58,683 nt of DNA from Candidatus Methylomirabilis sp. (GTDB taxonomy: Bacteria > Methylomirabilota > Methylomirabilia > Methylomirabilales > 2-02-FULL-66-22), in NCBI GenBank assembly GCA_037442485.1, contig JBBIQE010000005.1, positions 1-58,683 of the forward strand. Direction: 5' to 3'. Positions 1 through 9,432 of the stretch are shown here, piece after piece. Both the position numbers and the translations under genes were made by a program. The notes beneath the pieces were generated by a model, which was given only the letters and a program-made list of their open reading frames with translations, had not been told where the DNA came from and ran no database searches. Each line of letters begins with the position of its first letter. Position 1 is the stretch's first letter.

Positions 1-3
1 CCG

Positions 4-267
4 ATGATGCCGGGTGGCGGGATGATGGGCTTGGGAGGGTTCGGCGGGTACGGGGGCTACGGCATGGGATTCGTGGGCTGGCTCTTTATGCTCCTGTTCT
101 GGGGGCTGATCATCGTGGGGCTGGTCCTCCTGATCCGCTGGCTCTGGGACCACGGGCGCCCGGCCGCCGGAGGGGCCGACGCCCCCATCGAGATCCTCAA
201 GCGCCGCTACGCGCGGGGCGAGATCAGCAAAGAGGAATTCGACCGGATGAAGCAGGACCTCCTGTGA
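4..267 (+). CDS. SHOCT-domain small membrane protein (possibly 5' partial at window edge)
   Basis: C-terminal ILKRRYARGEISKEEFDRMKQDL fits the SHOCT short C-terminal domain. Gly/Met-rich N-terminus followed by one hydrophobic helix (WLFMLLFWGLIIVGLVLLI). Confidence 0.7.
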   Translation: MMPGGGMMGLGGFGGYGGYGMGFVGWLFMLLFWGLIIVGLVLLIRWLWDHGRPAAGGADAPIEILKRRYARGEISKEEFDRMKQDLL

Positions 268-293
268 GCGACCTCGGGGGGAGGGGGAGCGAG

Positions 294-917
294 ATGGGGC
301 GATGGCTTTGGCTTCTCGGGGGAGGACTTGTCCTGATCGGTGCCGCCGGGCTGGCGTGGGTTTCCTCGGTGCAAGGCGGTCCGTGGCGGATTGCGCAGAT
401 GATGGGGCCCGGCGGCGGTATGATGGGGCCCGGGATGGGCCCGGGAATGGGAATGGGCCCTGGGATGATGGGTGGCTGGTCGGCCCAATGGTACGGGAAG
501 AAGAAGTTCGCATCGAATGGCGAGCAGATCTACTACACGGGCGTGAGCGCAAAGACCGGGCCCATCCCGACGCTGGGCGGTCCTCCCTGGATGCGCATGG
601 GACCCGCGGGCTGCGTTGCCTGCCACGGCGTGCACGGTCGGGGAGGGGTCCCGGTCATGATGGGGACCGCCATTCCCGAGGACATCCGCTACGAAGCGCT
701 TACGAGGCCGGAGCACGCCAAGAAAGAGCCGGGCGGCGAGACCGGGGGAAAGGGAGAGGCGATGGAGCACCCCCCCTACACCGATGCCCTCATCAAGCGG
801 GCCATCACCCAGGGAATTGACCCAGCGGGGGAGGCCCTGGACTGGACCATGCCTCGGTGGCAGATGGGAGAGGCCGACCTGGTTGACGTTTTGGCCTACC
901 TGAAGACGCTCCGATAG
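294..917 (+). CDS. membrane-anchored c-type cytochrome with Met/Gly-rich linker
   Basis: CVACH (CxxCH haem-binding motif). N-terminal helix WLWLLGGGLVLIGAAGLAWV. A purine-rich GGGGGAGGGGGAG run precedes ATG 294. The ORF-track start at 264 is a GTG overlapping the upstream stop. Confidence 0.7.
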   Translation: MGRWLWLLGGGLVLIGAAGLAWVSSVQGGPWRIAQMMGPGGGMMGPGMGPGMGMGPGMMGGWSAQWYGKKKFASNGEQIYYTGVSAKTGPIPTLGGPPWMRMGPAGCVACHGVHGRGGVPVMMGTAIPEDIRYEALTRPEHAKKEPGGETGGKGEAMEHPPYTDALIKRAITQGIDPAGEALDWTMPRWQMGEADLVDVLAYLKTLR

Positions 918-1126
918 GCCACGGAGCCGAGCGGGCCACGGTCTCTGCCGCGACGTCTTGCCGCGATGCGAGCGGACCCGCCAATCAGCGCAACATCCGG
1001 ACAAAGGAGCCAGCCCGGCTTGACCGGCGGCCTTTCCCCGCGTATGGTGGCTCGGTCCTGGCAGAAATGCAAGGCGAGCAGGCGTGGGGCAGGAAGGCAA
1101 CGGCGGTTCCCGTCCGGGAGGGGAAT

Positions 1127-1630
1127 ATGGGAAAGCGAAAGGGGAAGTCGAAGTCCACTTCGAAGGTGCAGCAAGGCTCCCGCTGGTCGAAGCTCCTGAT
1201 TCCGGCACTCTTGGCCGTTGCCCTGGCCGCAGGGGCGGCGACCTGGTTCTTCCTGCAGAAGTCGAGCCCGCAGGTCGTGGCGGCCCAGTACACGGGCGGG
1301 CCACGGTTGGCCGTGGACAAGGACTTCATTGACTTCGGCACCGTCCGCTTCGAGAAGTTCGTGACCGCCAGCTTCCGCCTGCGCAACGTCGGGGATCAGC
1401 CCCTTCGGCTGGCGGTGGACCGAAGGGTTGACGCCATCGAAGGCTGCTGACCCTCCGAGGTGGTCGTCGGTTCGACGACCTTGCGGCCGGGGCAGGAGAC
1501 CGAAGTTTCGACCGAATTCACCATGCACCAGGGGATGGGCGGCCCGCACCTCTTTGCGATCCGCGTGAAGACCAACGATCCCGTGGAGCCCGAGCGGGTC
1601 CTCAAGATCCGTTCGTACTGGCAGGGGTAG
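1127..1630 (+). CDS. DUF1573-like membrane-anchored protein with in-frame UGA (candidate selenocysteine, codon 108)
   Basis: ATG 1127 follows GGGAGGGG. Signal-anchor helix LLIPALLAVALAAGAATWFFL. The DUF1573-type pattern FIDFGTV...FRLRNVGDQPLRL...EGC[TGA 1448-1450]PSEVVVGSTTLRPGQETEV...FAIRVKTNDP continues in the same frame to TAG 1628-1630. The ORF track ends at the TGA. Confidence 0.6.
1462..1480 (+). promoter_or_regulatory. SECIS-like stem-loop downstream of UGA 1448-1450
   Basis: Perfect 8-bp stem GGTCGTCG/CGACGACC with a GTT apex (GGTTC if the closing pair opens). The stem starts 11 nt after the UGA and the apex is about 19 nt after it. Confidence 0.5.
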
Positions 1631-1693
1631 AAGGGGAGGCTTTGTCTTGACGATGAGACCCAGCCTGACTTGAAGGATGGCGCTTCCCATCCA

Positions 1694-1732
1694 GCCCCTT
1701 CTCGTTTCCCGACGAGAAGGGGCTTCGTTTTT
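1694..1732 (+). terminator. Rho-independent terminator after the DUF1573-like gene
   Basis: Perfect 11-bp stem GCCCCTTCTCG/CGAGAAGGGGC (1694-1704 / 1713-1723), 8-nt loop, then TTCGTTTTT. Confidence 0.7.
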
Positions 1733-1814
1733 CAGACGGCCATTGGGAGCGAGGCGATGAGAATGCGAACGTGTCTGGTGTAGGGCGGCAAGGCGGCCCA
1801 GTTCTTCGAGTCGG

Positions 1815-2250
1815 GTGCTCCAGGGCATCATCATCGGGATGGCCGCGGGCTTCTCCCCGACCAGGGGGAAGCCTCTGGCCAATCCCCTCGTCGGGGAAGG
1901 TTTGCCGGGGGGGCCGGGCGTCTATCCCCCGGGGGTTCCGGGGGTTGCCGGGCGGGCCGCGCTTCGGGCTGGGGGTGGTCGTGGCCGGCGGCTGCGCCCC
2001 GGGGACGCTGTACCGGATCGGCGAGGGCTGGGCAGCGTCCGTGTTCACGCGGGGGAGGGATGATCGTCGGCATGCCTGCGGGGACGTCGCCGGCCGCGGC
2101 CACCTGGGGGGCTCTTTTCGGCCGCGCCTGGCCCAGGGGTGTGACCTGGGCGCGTTCTTCTCGGCCCTGGGGCTGAACGGGTGGGTCTTTGGCGCGGGTC
2201 TGGCCGCCGGGGCGTATCTGGGTCTGCTGGGGATCAAGCGGCTGGCGTGA
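1815..2250 (+). pseudogene. YeeE/YedE-like (sulfur/selenium transport family) membrane protein remnant, frame-disrupted
   Basis: The segment FGLGVVVAGGCAPGTLYRIGEGWAASVF resembles the GGCxxG...GEG signature of YeeE/YedE. Hydrophobic segments lie in three different frames: VLQGIIIGMAAGF, GMIVGMPAG..ATWGALFG and LGAFFSALGLNGWVFGAGLAAGAYLGLLG. At least 2-3 frame changes are therefore needed. Confidence 0.4.
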
Positions 2251-2459
2251 GCGTTGGACTGATCGCCCCGAGTGGTTTCGTGGCGAGCCATATGCTGGCC
2301 GGAACGCAGAGGAGGTCGGCCCCTCGGAGTGGGCCCTGTCTGTCTGCAAGCGAGGCCGCTACGGGTCGAGTCGTCAATGCGTCGAGCGGTCAACTGCTCA
2401 AGACCGGTCTTGCCTCGTCCCCAATCGCCGAAATTGCCCGGTTGCCGGATGGCCAGTTC

Positions 2460-3740
2460 TCAGTGGAGGCGCTGGCCGCGTTCCGCGACCACCTTGCCGT
2501 TCTTGATCACCGCCTCCACGAGATTCACGCCGAAGTGGTAGCAGAGGTGCTCGTGGCTGGGGGCGTCCAGGACGAGGACGTCGGCCTGCTTGCCCACCTC
2601 CAGGCTGCCGGCGCAGTCCTCCTCGCCGATGGCCCAGGCGGCGTTGATGGTGGCGGCGGTGATCGCCTCGGATGGAAGCATCCGCATCTGGGTGCAGGCC
2701 ATGTTCAGGATGAGGGGCAGGGATTCGGTCATGCACGAGCCGGGGTTGAAATCCGTGGCCAGGGCCACGGGCACCCCGGCCGCGATCATGTCCCGGGCGC
2801 GGGCATACCGCTGGAGGTGGAGGAAGTAGGCGGTGCCGGGCAGGAGGACCGCAATGACACCGGCCGCAGCCATCTGGCGGATGCCGTCATCGCCGGCGAA
2901 CAGCAGATGATCGGCCGTCCGGGCCTTCACCCGGGCGGCCAGGGCCGCGCCGCCCAGGTCGCTGAGCTCATCGGCATGGATCCGCGGCTCCAGGCCGAGG
3001 GCGACCGCCGCACGGAGGATGCGCTCTGACTGCTCGGGCGTGAACACCCCTGCCTCGCAGAACACGTCACAGAACCGAGCCAGCTTCCGCGACGCCACCT
3101 CGGGCAGCATCCGCGTGAGGACGAGATCCACGTAGGCTTCGGGATTCTGCCGGAACTCCGGCGGGACCTCGTGCGCCCCCATGAAAGTCGGGATGACCGT
3201 CATGGGCCCTTCCTCGGCGAGTTCCCGGATGATCTCCAGCATCTTCAACTCGGTTTCCAATTCCAGGCCATAGCCGCTCTTGGCCTCGACGGTGGTGGTT
3301 CCCAACGCCAGCATCCGGTCCAGCGTCTTGCGGGCAGCCGCCTTCAATTCCTGCCGGCTCGCCTTGCGGGTGGCGGCCACGGTGGCGTTGATCCCGCCGC
3401 CCGCCGCGGCGATCTCCTGGTAGCTCTTCCCCTGGATCCGCAGGGCGAACTCGTTCTCGCGGCTGCCCGCAAAGACGAGATGGGTGTGGGGGTCCACCAA
3501 TCCGGGCATGACCGTTTTGCCGTAGGCATCAATGAGCCTGGAGAAGGCCATGGGCCGGACGGAGGTCAGGAGTTCGCCGGTGGGCCCCACCCAGACGATC
3601 TTCCCCCGGCGGGCCGCCAGGGCGCCCTGGCGGATGATGCCGAGGTCCCGCATCTCTTCGCCACGGCGCGGCCGGGAGGAGTTTCCACGCAGCGTCAGCA
3701 GCTCGGCCGCGCCCTCGATGATCAGGTCGGCCTGGATCAC
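2460..3740 (-). CDS. hutI: imidazolonepropionase
   Basis: GLVDPHTHLVFAGSRENEF and overall HutI amidohydrolase pattern. GTG 3740 is preceded by AGGAGG plus a 6-nt spacer. The ORF-track start at 3788 is probably too long. Confidence 0.9.
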   Translation of the reverse strand: MIQADLIIEGAAELLTLRGNSSRPRRGEEMRDLGIIRQGALAARRGKIVWVGPTGELLTSVRPMAFSRLIDAYGKTVMPGLVDPHTHLVFAGSRENEFALRIQGKSYQEIAAAGGGINATVAATRKASRQELKAAARKTLDRMLALGTTTVEAKSGYGLELETELKMLEIIRELAEEGPMTVIPTFMGAHEVPPEFRQNPEAYVDLVLTRMLPEVASRKLARFCDVFCEAGVFTPEQSERILRAAVALGLEPRIHADELSDLGGAALAARVKARTADHLLFAGDDGIRQMAAAGVIAVLLPGTAYFLHLQRYARARDMIAAGVPVALATDFNPGSCMTESLPLILNMACTQMRMLPSEAITAATINAAWAIGEEDCAGSLEVGKQADVLVLDAPSHEHLCYHFGVNLVEAVIKNGKVVAERGQRLH

Positions 3741-3826
3741 GGTGTCCCTCCTGGACGCCGCCTGCCCTCGTCCCTTCCTTCTCCCCACGCCCTAAGGGTG
3801 CCCGGAGAAGGCGAGGTCGAGGGGGG

Positions 3827-5497
3827 CTAGGCAGTCAGGCCGGGGATCTTGACGCCCTTCGCCTTGGCCGCGGCGATCGCCTCGGGATAGCCGGCGTCGG
3901 CGTGGCGCATGATGCCCGTGCCGGGGTCGGTGGTGAGCACCCGCTGGAGTCTGGCCTCGGTCTCGGGCGTTCCGTCGGCCACCACCACCATGCCCGCGTG
4001 GATCGAGTAGCCGATCCCCACGCCGCCGCCGTGGTGGACCGAGATCCATGAGGCGCCCGCGGCCGTGTTGAGCAGGGCGTTCAGGATGGGCCAGTCGGCG
4101 ATGGCGTCGCTTCCATCCCGCATGGCCTCGGTCTCGCGGTGGGGCGAGGCGACCGAGCCGGAATCCAGGTGGTCTCGACCGAAGACCACGGGCGCCTTGA
4201 GGTCTCCCGAGCGGACCATCCGGTTGACCAGGACGCCCAGGCGATCCCGCTCGCCATACCCCAGCCAGCAGATCCGCGCCGGGATGCCCTGGAAGTGGAC
4301 CTTCTCCCGCGCCAGGCGAATCCAGCGGGTGAGCGAGTCGTCGTCCTTGAACTCGCGCAGGACGACCTCGTCAATGCGGGCGATGTCAGCCGGATCGCCC
4401 GACAGGACGGCCCAGCGGAACGGGCCCCGACCCGCGCAGAAGAGCGGCCGGATGAAGGCCGGGACGAAGCCCGGGAAGTCGAAGGCGTTCTTCACCCCGC
4501 GGGAGAAGGCCTGGGCCCGGATGTTGTTGCCGTAATCGAACACGACGGCCCCACGCCTCTGGAACTCCAGCATGGCCTGGACGTGCACGGCCATGGAGTC
4601 CATGGCGCGACGGATGTACTCCTGCGGATTCCTCACGCGCAGGTCGCGCGCCTCCTCCAGCGTCAGGCCGGCCGGGACGTAGCCGTTCAGGGCGTCGTGG
4701 GCCGAGGTCTGGTCCGTCACGAGGTCGGGCAGAATGCCGCGCTTCAGGATCTCGGGGTGCACCTCGGCGGCGTTCCCGACCAGGCCGATGGACTTGGGGA
4801 TGCCCTGCCGCTTGGCGGTCAGGGCGAGATCCAGGGCCTCGTCCAGGTTCGCGGTCATGACCTCGCAGTAGCCGGTTTTGACCCGCTTCTCGATGCGCTT
4901 CGGATCCACCTCGACGGCGAGAATCACGCCGTCGTTCATGGTGACGGCCAGCGGCTGGGCGCCGCCCATCCCCCCCAGGCCTGCCGTGAGGGTGAGGCGC
5001 CCGCGGAGGCTCCCCCCGAAGTGCTTCCGGGCCGCGGCGGCGAAGGTCTCGTAGGTGCCCTGGAGGATGCCCTGGGTGCCGATGTAGATCCAGCTCCCGG
5101 CCGTCATCTGGCCGTACATGGTGAGGCCCAGCTCCTCCAGCTCGCGGAACTTCTCCCAGTTGCCCCAGGCGGGGACGAGCATGGCGTTGCTGATCAGGAC
5201 GCGGGGGGCGAAGGTGTGGGTCCGGAAGATCCCGACGGGCTTCCCCGACTGGACCAGCAGGGTCTCGTCGTTCTCCAGGGCCTTGAGGCTTTCGACGATG
5301 CGGTAGTAGCACTCCCAGTTCCGGGCCGCCTTGCCCGCGCCGCCGTAGACCACCAGGTCCTGCGGCCGCTCGCCCACCTCGGGATCCAGGTTGTTCATGA
5401 GCATGCGCATGGCCGCTTCCTGGTGCCAGCCCTTGCAGGACAGGCTCGGGCCCCGCGGCGCCCGGATCGGGTCCTGTGGCGGTTGATTGGAGATCAT
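3827..5497 (-). CDS. hutU: urocanate hydratase
   Basis: [51 protein letters not shown] is typical of HutU. ATG 5497 (MISNQPP) is preceded by AGGAGG. Confidence 0.95.
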   Translation of the reverse strand: MISNQPPQDPIRAPRGPSLSCKGWHQEAAMRMLMNNLDPEVGERPQDLVVYGGAGKAARNWECYYRIVESLKALENDETLLVQSGKPVGIFRTHTFAPRVLISNAMLVPAWGNWEKFRELEELGLTMYGQMTAGSWIYIGTQGILQGTYETFAAAARKHFGGSLRGRLTLTAGLGGMGGAQPLAVTMNDGVILAVEVDPKRIEKRVKTGYCEVMTANLDEALDLALTAKRQGIPKSIGLVGNAAEVHPEILKRGILPDLVTDQTSAHDALNGYVPAGLTLEEARDLRVRNPQEYIRRAMDSMAVHVQAMLEFQRRGAVVFDYGNNIRAQAFSRGVKNAFDFPGFVPAFIRPLFCAGRGPFRWAVLSGDPADIARIDEVVLREFKDDDSLTRWIRLAREKVHFQGIPARICWLGYGERDRLGVLVNRMVRSGDLKAPVVFGRDHLDSGSVASPHRETEAMRDGSDAIADWPILNALLNTAAGASWISVHHGGGVGIGYSIHAGMVVVADGTPETEARLQRVLTTDPGTGIMRHADAGYPEAIAAAKAKGVKIPGLTA

Positions 5498-5559
5498 GGC
5501 GAATACCTCCTGAATGAACCGCAGATCGAGAAGGTCCGGAAGCGATGGCCCGAATGCAT

Positions 5560-5668
5560 CCACAGATTACGCAGATCGCGCAGATTCCACCCCCACCCGA
5601 GCCCCCCTCTGAGGGGGAGGGGCTAGGAGGGGGGTTGTCCAGGTTTGTGAGGCCTGGGGCATCTGTGG
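5560..5668. repeat. GC-rich palindromic intergenic element, family 1, copy A
   Basis: CCACAGATTACGCAGATCGCGCAGATT - CCACCCCCACCC..CCCCCCTCTGAGGGGGAGGGG..GGGGGG - ..ATCTGTGG. The termini CCACAGAT/ATCTGTGG are inverted. Confidence 0.6.
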
Positions 5669-5745
5669 TTCATGGAACGTCTCGGATCGCACCAGACGAA
5701 GTATACGCCGCAGGCTCGCGGGAGGCAACCAAGTCTCGGGAGGAG

Positions 5746-5991
5746 GTGCCGACGCGGACGCTCGGGGCGCTCTTTGCCGCGCCGACTCGCAGCAATGTCC
5801 GATTCTCGGACATCGAGGCTCTGATCGTTGCCTTGGGCGGGGAGGTCCGTGAGGCCGCGGGCTCGCGCGTCGTGTTTGAACTGAAGGGAAGGCACCTGTA
5901 TCTGCACCGCCCCCACCCCGGGCGCGGGGCGAAGAGATGCCAGGTGGAAGAGGGTTGCGAGTTGCTGCGCTCGCTGGAGATTCAGCCATGA
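5746..5991 (+). CDS. hicA: HicA-like toxin (start uncertain)
   Basis: NVRFSDIEALIVALGGEVREAAGSRVVFELKGRHLYLHRPHPGRGAKRCQV fits the HicA/YcfA mRNA-interferase pattern. The stop overlaps the hicB ATG (ATGA at 5988-5991). GTG 5746 is a tentative start. Confidence 0.6.
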   Translation: MPTRTLGALFAAPTRSNVRFSDIEALIVALGGEVREAAGSRVVFELKGRHLYLHRPHPGRGAKRCQVEEGCELLRSLEIQP

Positions 5992-6316
5992 CCAACACGA
6001 TGACCTACAAGGGTTACACCGCTCGCGTTGAGTACGACCCCCGCGACGATATCTTCGTCGGCCGCGTGCTCGGAATCCAGGATCGCATCACGTTCCACGG
6101 TGGACGGTTGCCAAGCTGCGACGCGATTTTCGCGCTGCCGTGGATCACTACCTGGCCGATTGTGGCGCACGCCGCCGGGCCCCAGAGAAGCCCTATTCCC
6201 GCAAGATCTTGCTCCGGGTGCCCCCCGAGGTCCATGCCCGCGCCGCAATGACCGCCGAGGCTCAGGGGAAGAGTCTTAACCAGTGGGCAGCCGAGGTGCT
6301 ATCCCGCGCTCGCTGA
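5988..6316 (+). pseudogene. hicB: HicB-family antitoxin with an apparent 1-nt frame disruption near 6099-6104
   Basis: The N-terminal part MTNTMTYKGYTARVEYDPRDDIFVGRVLGIQDRITFHG is in one frame. The typical C-terminal part TVAKLRRDFRAAVDHYLADCGARRRAPEKPYSRKILLRVPPEVHARAAMTAEAQGKSLNQWAAEVL is in another frame and ends at TGA 6314-6316. Confidence 0.65.
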
Positions 6317-6936
6317 CCACGGGATTGTGCAGGCGGCTTCTGGGAGTGTGCGCACACTCCAGGAGTGGTTCTCGGGATGGCGGCCCGCATGCCCCCGCTT
6401 CGACCGCGCGGGCGACTGCGCCCCGTACACCGGGGCCTCCCCCGTTGGGCCACGCCGCCGCTGACTTGATAGCGTCGGAAATACTGCAGGCCTGGGTCCC
6501 GAGTCAAGCAGAAAGACTGGGCAGCGCCCCTCACCGCGCGTGGAAGCTGGCTGACGGCGTGGGAGGCGCGATTCGGCGGCGATGACCCGTTGGCGAGAGG
6601 ACGGCGACGCATACCCCGCGGGCGGGCGGTGGGCTTGGCTGGGCCACAACCCTGCCTCTGCCGTTGGCACAGGCAGAGAAGCGGGTGAGGATCCTCCCTC
6701 CCTGCCGCCTGCCTGTACGTGTCCGCACCTGTCTGCGTCGCCACGTGACAGGCAGGTGCAGACAGATGCTCGACACAGGTAGGTCGATGGCCTCCGGATG
6801 CTCGATGAAGGCGATGCGGGGCAGGGAGTGGGGGGCCTTCAGTAATTCGCGTAGTGCCCTATCGGCTCGTAGGAGACCCAGACCCCGGGACGGCGGCCGG
6901 ACTGCCTCGCCCCGCTCTTCCTCTGTTACCCTGGCT

Positions 6937-7323
6937 TCACCAGATCCGTCTGACTCCGTACCTTCGAAAGATAGGATCGGCAGAAACCACGGCCATGCCC
7001 TCCTCAAGGGCCTGCGCGGCCATGAGACGGTCGAAGGGATCGCGGTGGTGCCACGGGAGACGCGTCACGCGAACCACGTGGCGGAACTCGATAGGCAACT
7101 GCTGGAAACGATTGAGCGCGAGTTGCTCCGGGATGAAACGGTCCATGGTGGTGGGCAGCTTCAATTTGCCCAGGCCCAGCTTGATGGCCATCTCCCAGCA
7201 GCTAGCCAGGCTCAGGAGGCAATCGTTTTCGGGTCTTACGATGGCTGAATGGGCTTTGGCGGACAGGGCCGGTGCGTCTTGGACCCACCACAGAAAGGTC
7301 TGGGTGTCCAGCAGGAGGCGCAT
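6937..7323 (-). CDS. vapC: PIN-domain toxin (VapC-like)
   Basis: MRLLLDTQTFLWW... and ...HRDPFDRLMAAQA..VSADPIF show a PIN acidic-residue pattern. The start overlaps the antitoxin stop (TGATG). Confidence 0.85.
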   Translation of the reverse strand: MRLLLDTQTFLWWVQDAPALSAKAHSAIVRPENDCLLSLASCWEMAIKLGLGKLKLPTTMDRFIPEQLALNRFQQLPIEFRHVVRVTRLPWHHRDPFDRLMAAQALEEGMAVVSADPIFRRYGVRRIW

Positions 7324-7562
7324 CAGGTGTATTCCTTGAAGTCTTCAGGCGTCTCATCGAAATCGGGGGCCATCCACACGCGCCCTTTGGCCGAGCCCGG
7401 CGTGCGCGACCCCTTGGGCGGCTGCAACGGGACGAGCTTGAGGAGCGGCCTGTTGTCCCTGGCGATGATGACCTCCTCGCCCAGGAGTGCCTTGCGCACG
7501 AGCTCCGAGAAACGGGCCTTGGCCTCTGCCACATTGAATTTCGCCACAACAGCAACCTCCAA
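7323..7562 (-). CDS. Phd/YefM-type antitoxin
   Basis: FNVAEAKARFSELVRKALLGEEVIIARDNRPLLKLVPL is typical of the prevent-host-death antitoxin N-terminus. It lies immediately upstream of the PIN gene. Confidence 0.8.
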   Translation of the reverse strand: MEVAVVAKFNVAEAKARFSELVRKALLGEEVIIARDNRPLLKLVPLQPPKGSRTPGSAKGRVWMAPDFDETPEDFKEYT

Positions 7563-7753
7563 GAAACGATAGTCATTTTACTTGACCAACATGCTTCCGT
7601 CAAGCTCGCAGGCCACGCCGATCTCCTGGAAGTGGACCGCCCTCCGACGCGCCGCCGCAGATTCGGCGACGGCCAGTCGGGATCGCTCAGATACCACTCT
7701 TGGTGTGGGTTGAAATCTGCGCAAACGTCCCGGCTCGCCCTCTCGGCTCTCGG

Positions 7754-8632
7754 TCAGGCCTCGGCCCGCCGGATCCAGGCGATGCCGGCGCAGACGAGTG
7801 CGGCCCCCACGAACTGAATGGGGGCCAGCCGCTCGCCAAAGATGACCCAGCCCAGAAAGGCGGCCGTCACGACCTCCCACGTGGCGATGATGCTGGCCTG
7901 GCTCGCCGGCAGATCGCGGAGCCCGAGGGTGTAGAGGGCATAACCGCCGAGGCTCGGGACCAAGGCCAGCCCCACGATCCAGAGCCAGGCTCTTGCAGGG
8001 TAGTGCACTGCCCGGAGCAGGCGGGGGCCGCTCATCCCCGCCAGGAACAGGCCGCCCGCGGCAAAGGCGTAGCAGACCACGGTCCACGGCCCGTAGCGGA
8101 CCAGGGCGCGCTTGCCGAATACGCTGTAGCTCGCGGCCGTGATTCCGGCAAGGAACCCGAAAAGGATCCCGGTGAGGTTGAGCCGGAACCAGTCCGCATG
8201 GTGCACCTGGGCGACGAGGGCTGATCCGAGCAGAGTGAGGATGGCCGCTGCAATCTTGGTGCGCGAGAGGCGCTCGCCCAGAAAGGCGGCGGACAACAGC
8301 ACGACGAAGGCAGGGTAGGTGTACAGGAGGGTGATCGCCACGGCCAGGGTTGTGAACTTGAAGGAGGAAAAGTAGGCCCAGAAGTTCATCGTGACGCCCA
8401 TGAATCCGTACAGCGCGAAGAAGGCGAGATCGCGGGCGCGGATGCGAAGGAACTGCGGGTGAACGATAGCGAGGAGCACGCCCAGGGTCGTCGCCCCGAT
8501 GAGGGCCCGCCAGGTGACGACGGTCATCGGGTTCGGTTCGTACTGGTAGATGGTCCGTCCCCACGCCCCCATGGAGCCGAGGAGCGTCGCCCCTGCCACG
8601 ACCGTGATGGCGGCTCGCCTCTCTTTCAGCAT
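7754..8632 (-). CDS. EamA/DMT-family transporter
   Basis: About 10 hydrophobic helices with a two-EamA-repeat look. ATG 8632 (MLKERR). The 571-aa ORF-track entry runs on upstream through the livF region in another gene's space. Confidence 0.85.
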   Translation of the reverse strand: MLKERRAAITVVAGATLLGSMGAWGRTIYQYEPNPMTVVTWRALIGATTLGVLLAIVHPQFLRIRARDLAFFALYGFMGVTMNFWAYFSSFKFTTLAVAITLLYTYPAFVVLLSAAFLGERLSRTKIAAAILTLLGSALVAQVHHADWFRLNLTGILFGFLAGITAASYSVFGKRALVRYGPWTVVCYAFAAGGLFLAGMSGPRLLRAVHYPARAWLWIVGLALVPSLGGYALYTLGLRDLPASQASIIATWEVVTAAFLGWVIFGERLAPIQFVGAALVCAGIAWIRRAEA

Positions 8633-8727
8633 CTCCGAAGGCGTGCTGCGGTCCTGCCCTGCGGCGGTTGACGGCCTTCGTCGGCGACGGCAGCACTGCC
8701 GCACTTCCGACCCGGAGCACAGGCCGT

Positions 8728-9432
<705 letters not shown>

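Noticed and set aside
1067-1126. The ORF-track start at 1067 for the DUF1573-like gene, and 3788, 5563, 13724, 15425 and 18017 for their genes.
   Set aside because: Internal starts preceded by clear Shine-Dalgarno sequences give N-termini typical of each family. The longer versions add non-conserved, low-complexity residues.
2399-2412. The perfect 14-nt palindrome CAAGACCGGTCTTG downstream of hutI as a terminator.
   Set aside because: No U-tract follows on the hutI strand, and the stem would be only 5 bp once a loop is allowed. It may be a binding site, but the evidence is insufficient.
5560-5590. Tandem CGCAGAT(T) units as a possible mini-CRISPR or tandem-repeat array.
   Set aside because: The units are only 7-10 nt with 2-3 copies. 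They are mirrored by inverted copies on the other side of a GC hairpin. There are no spacers or cas genes. This is a REP/MITE-like architecture instead.
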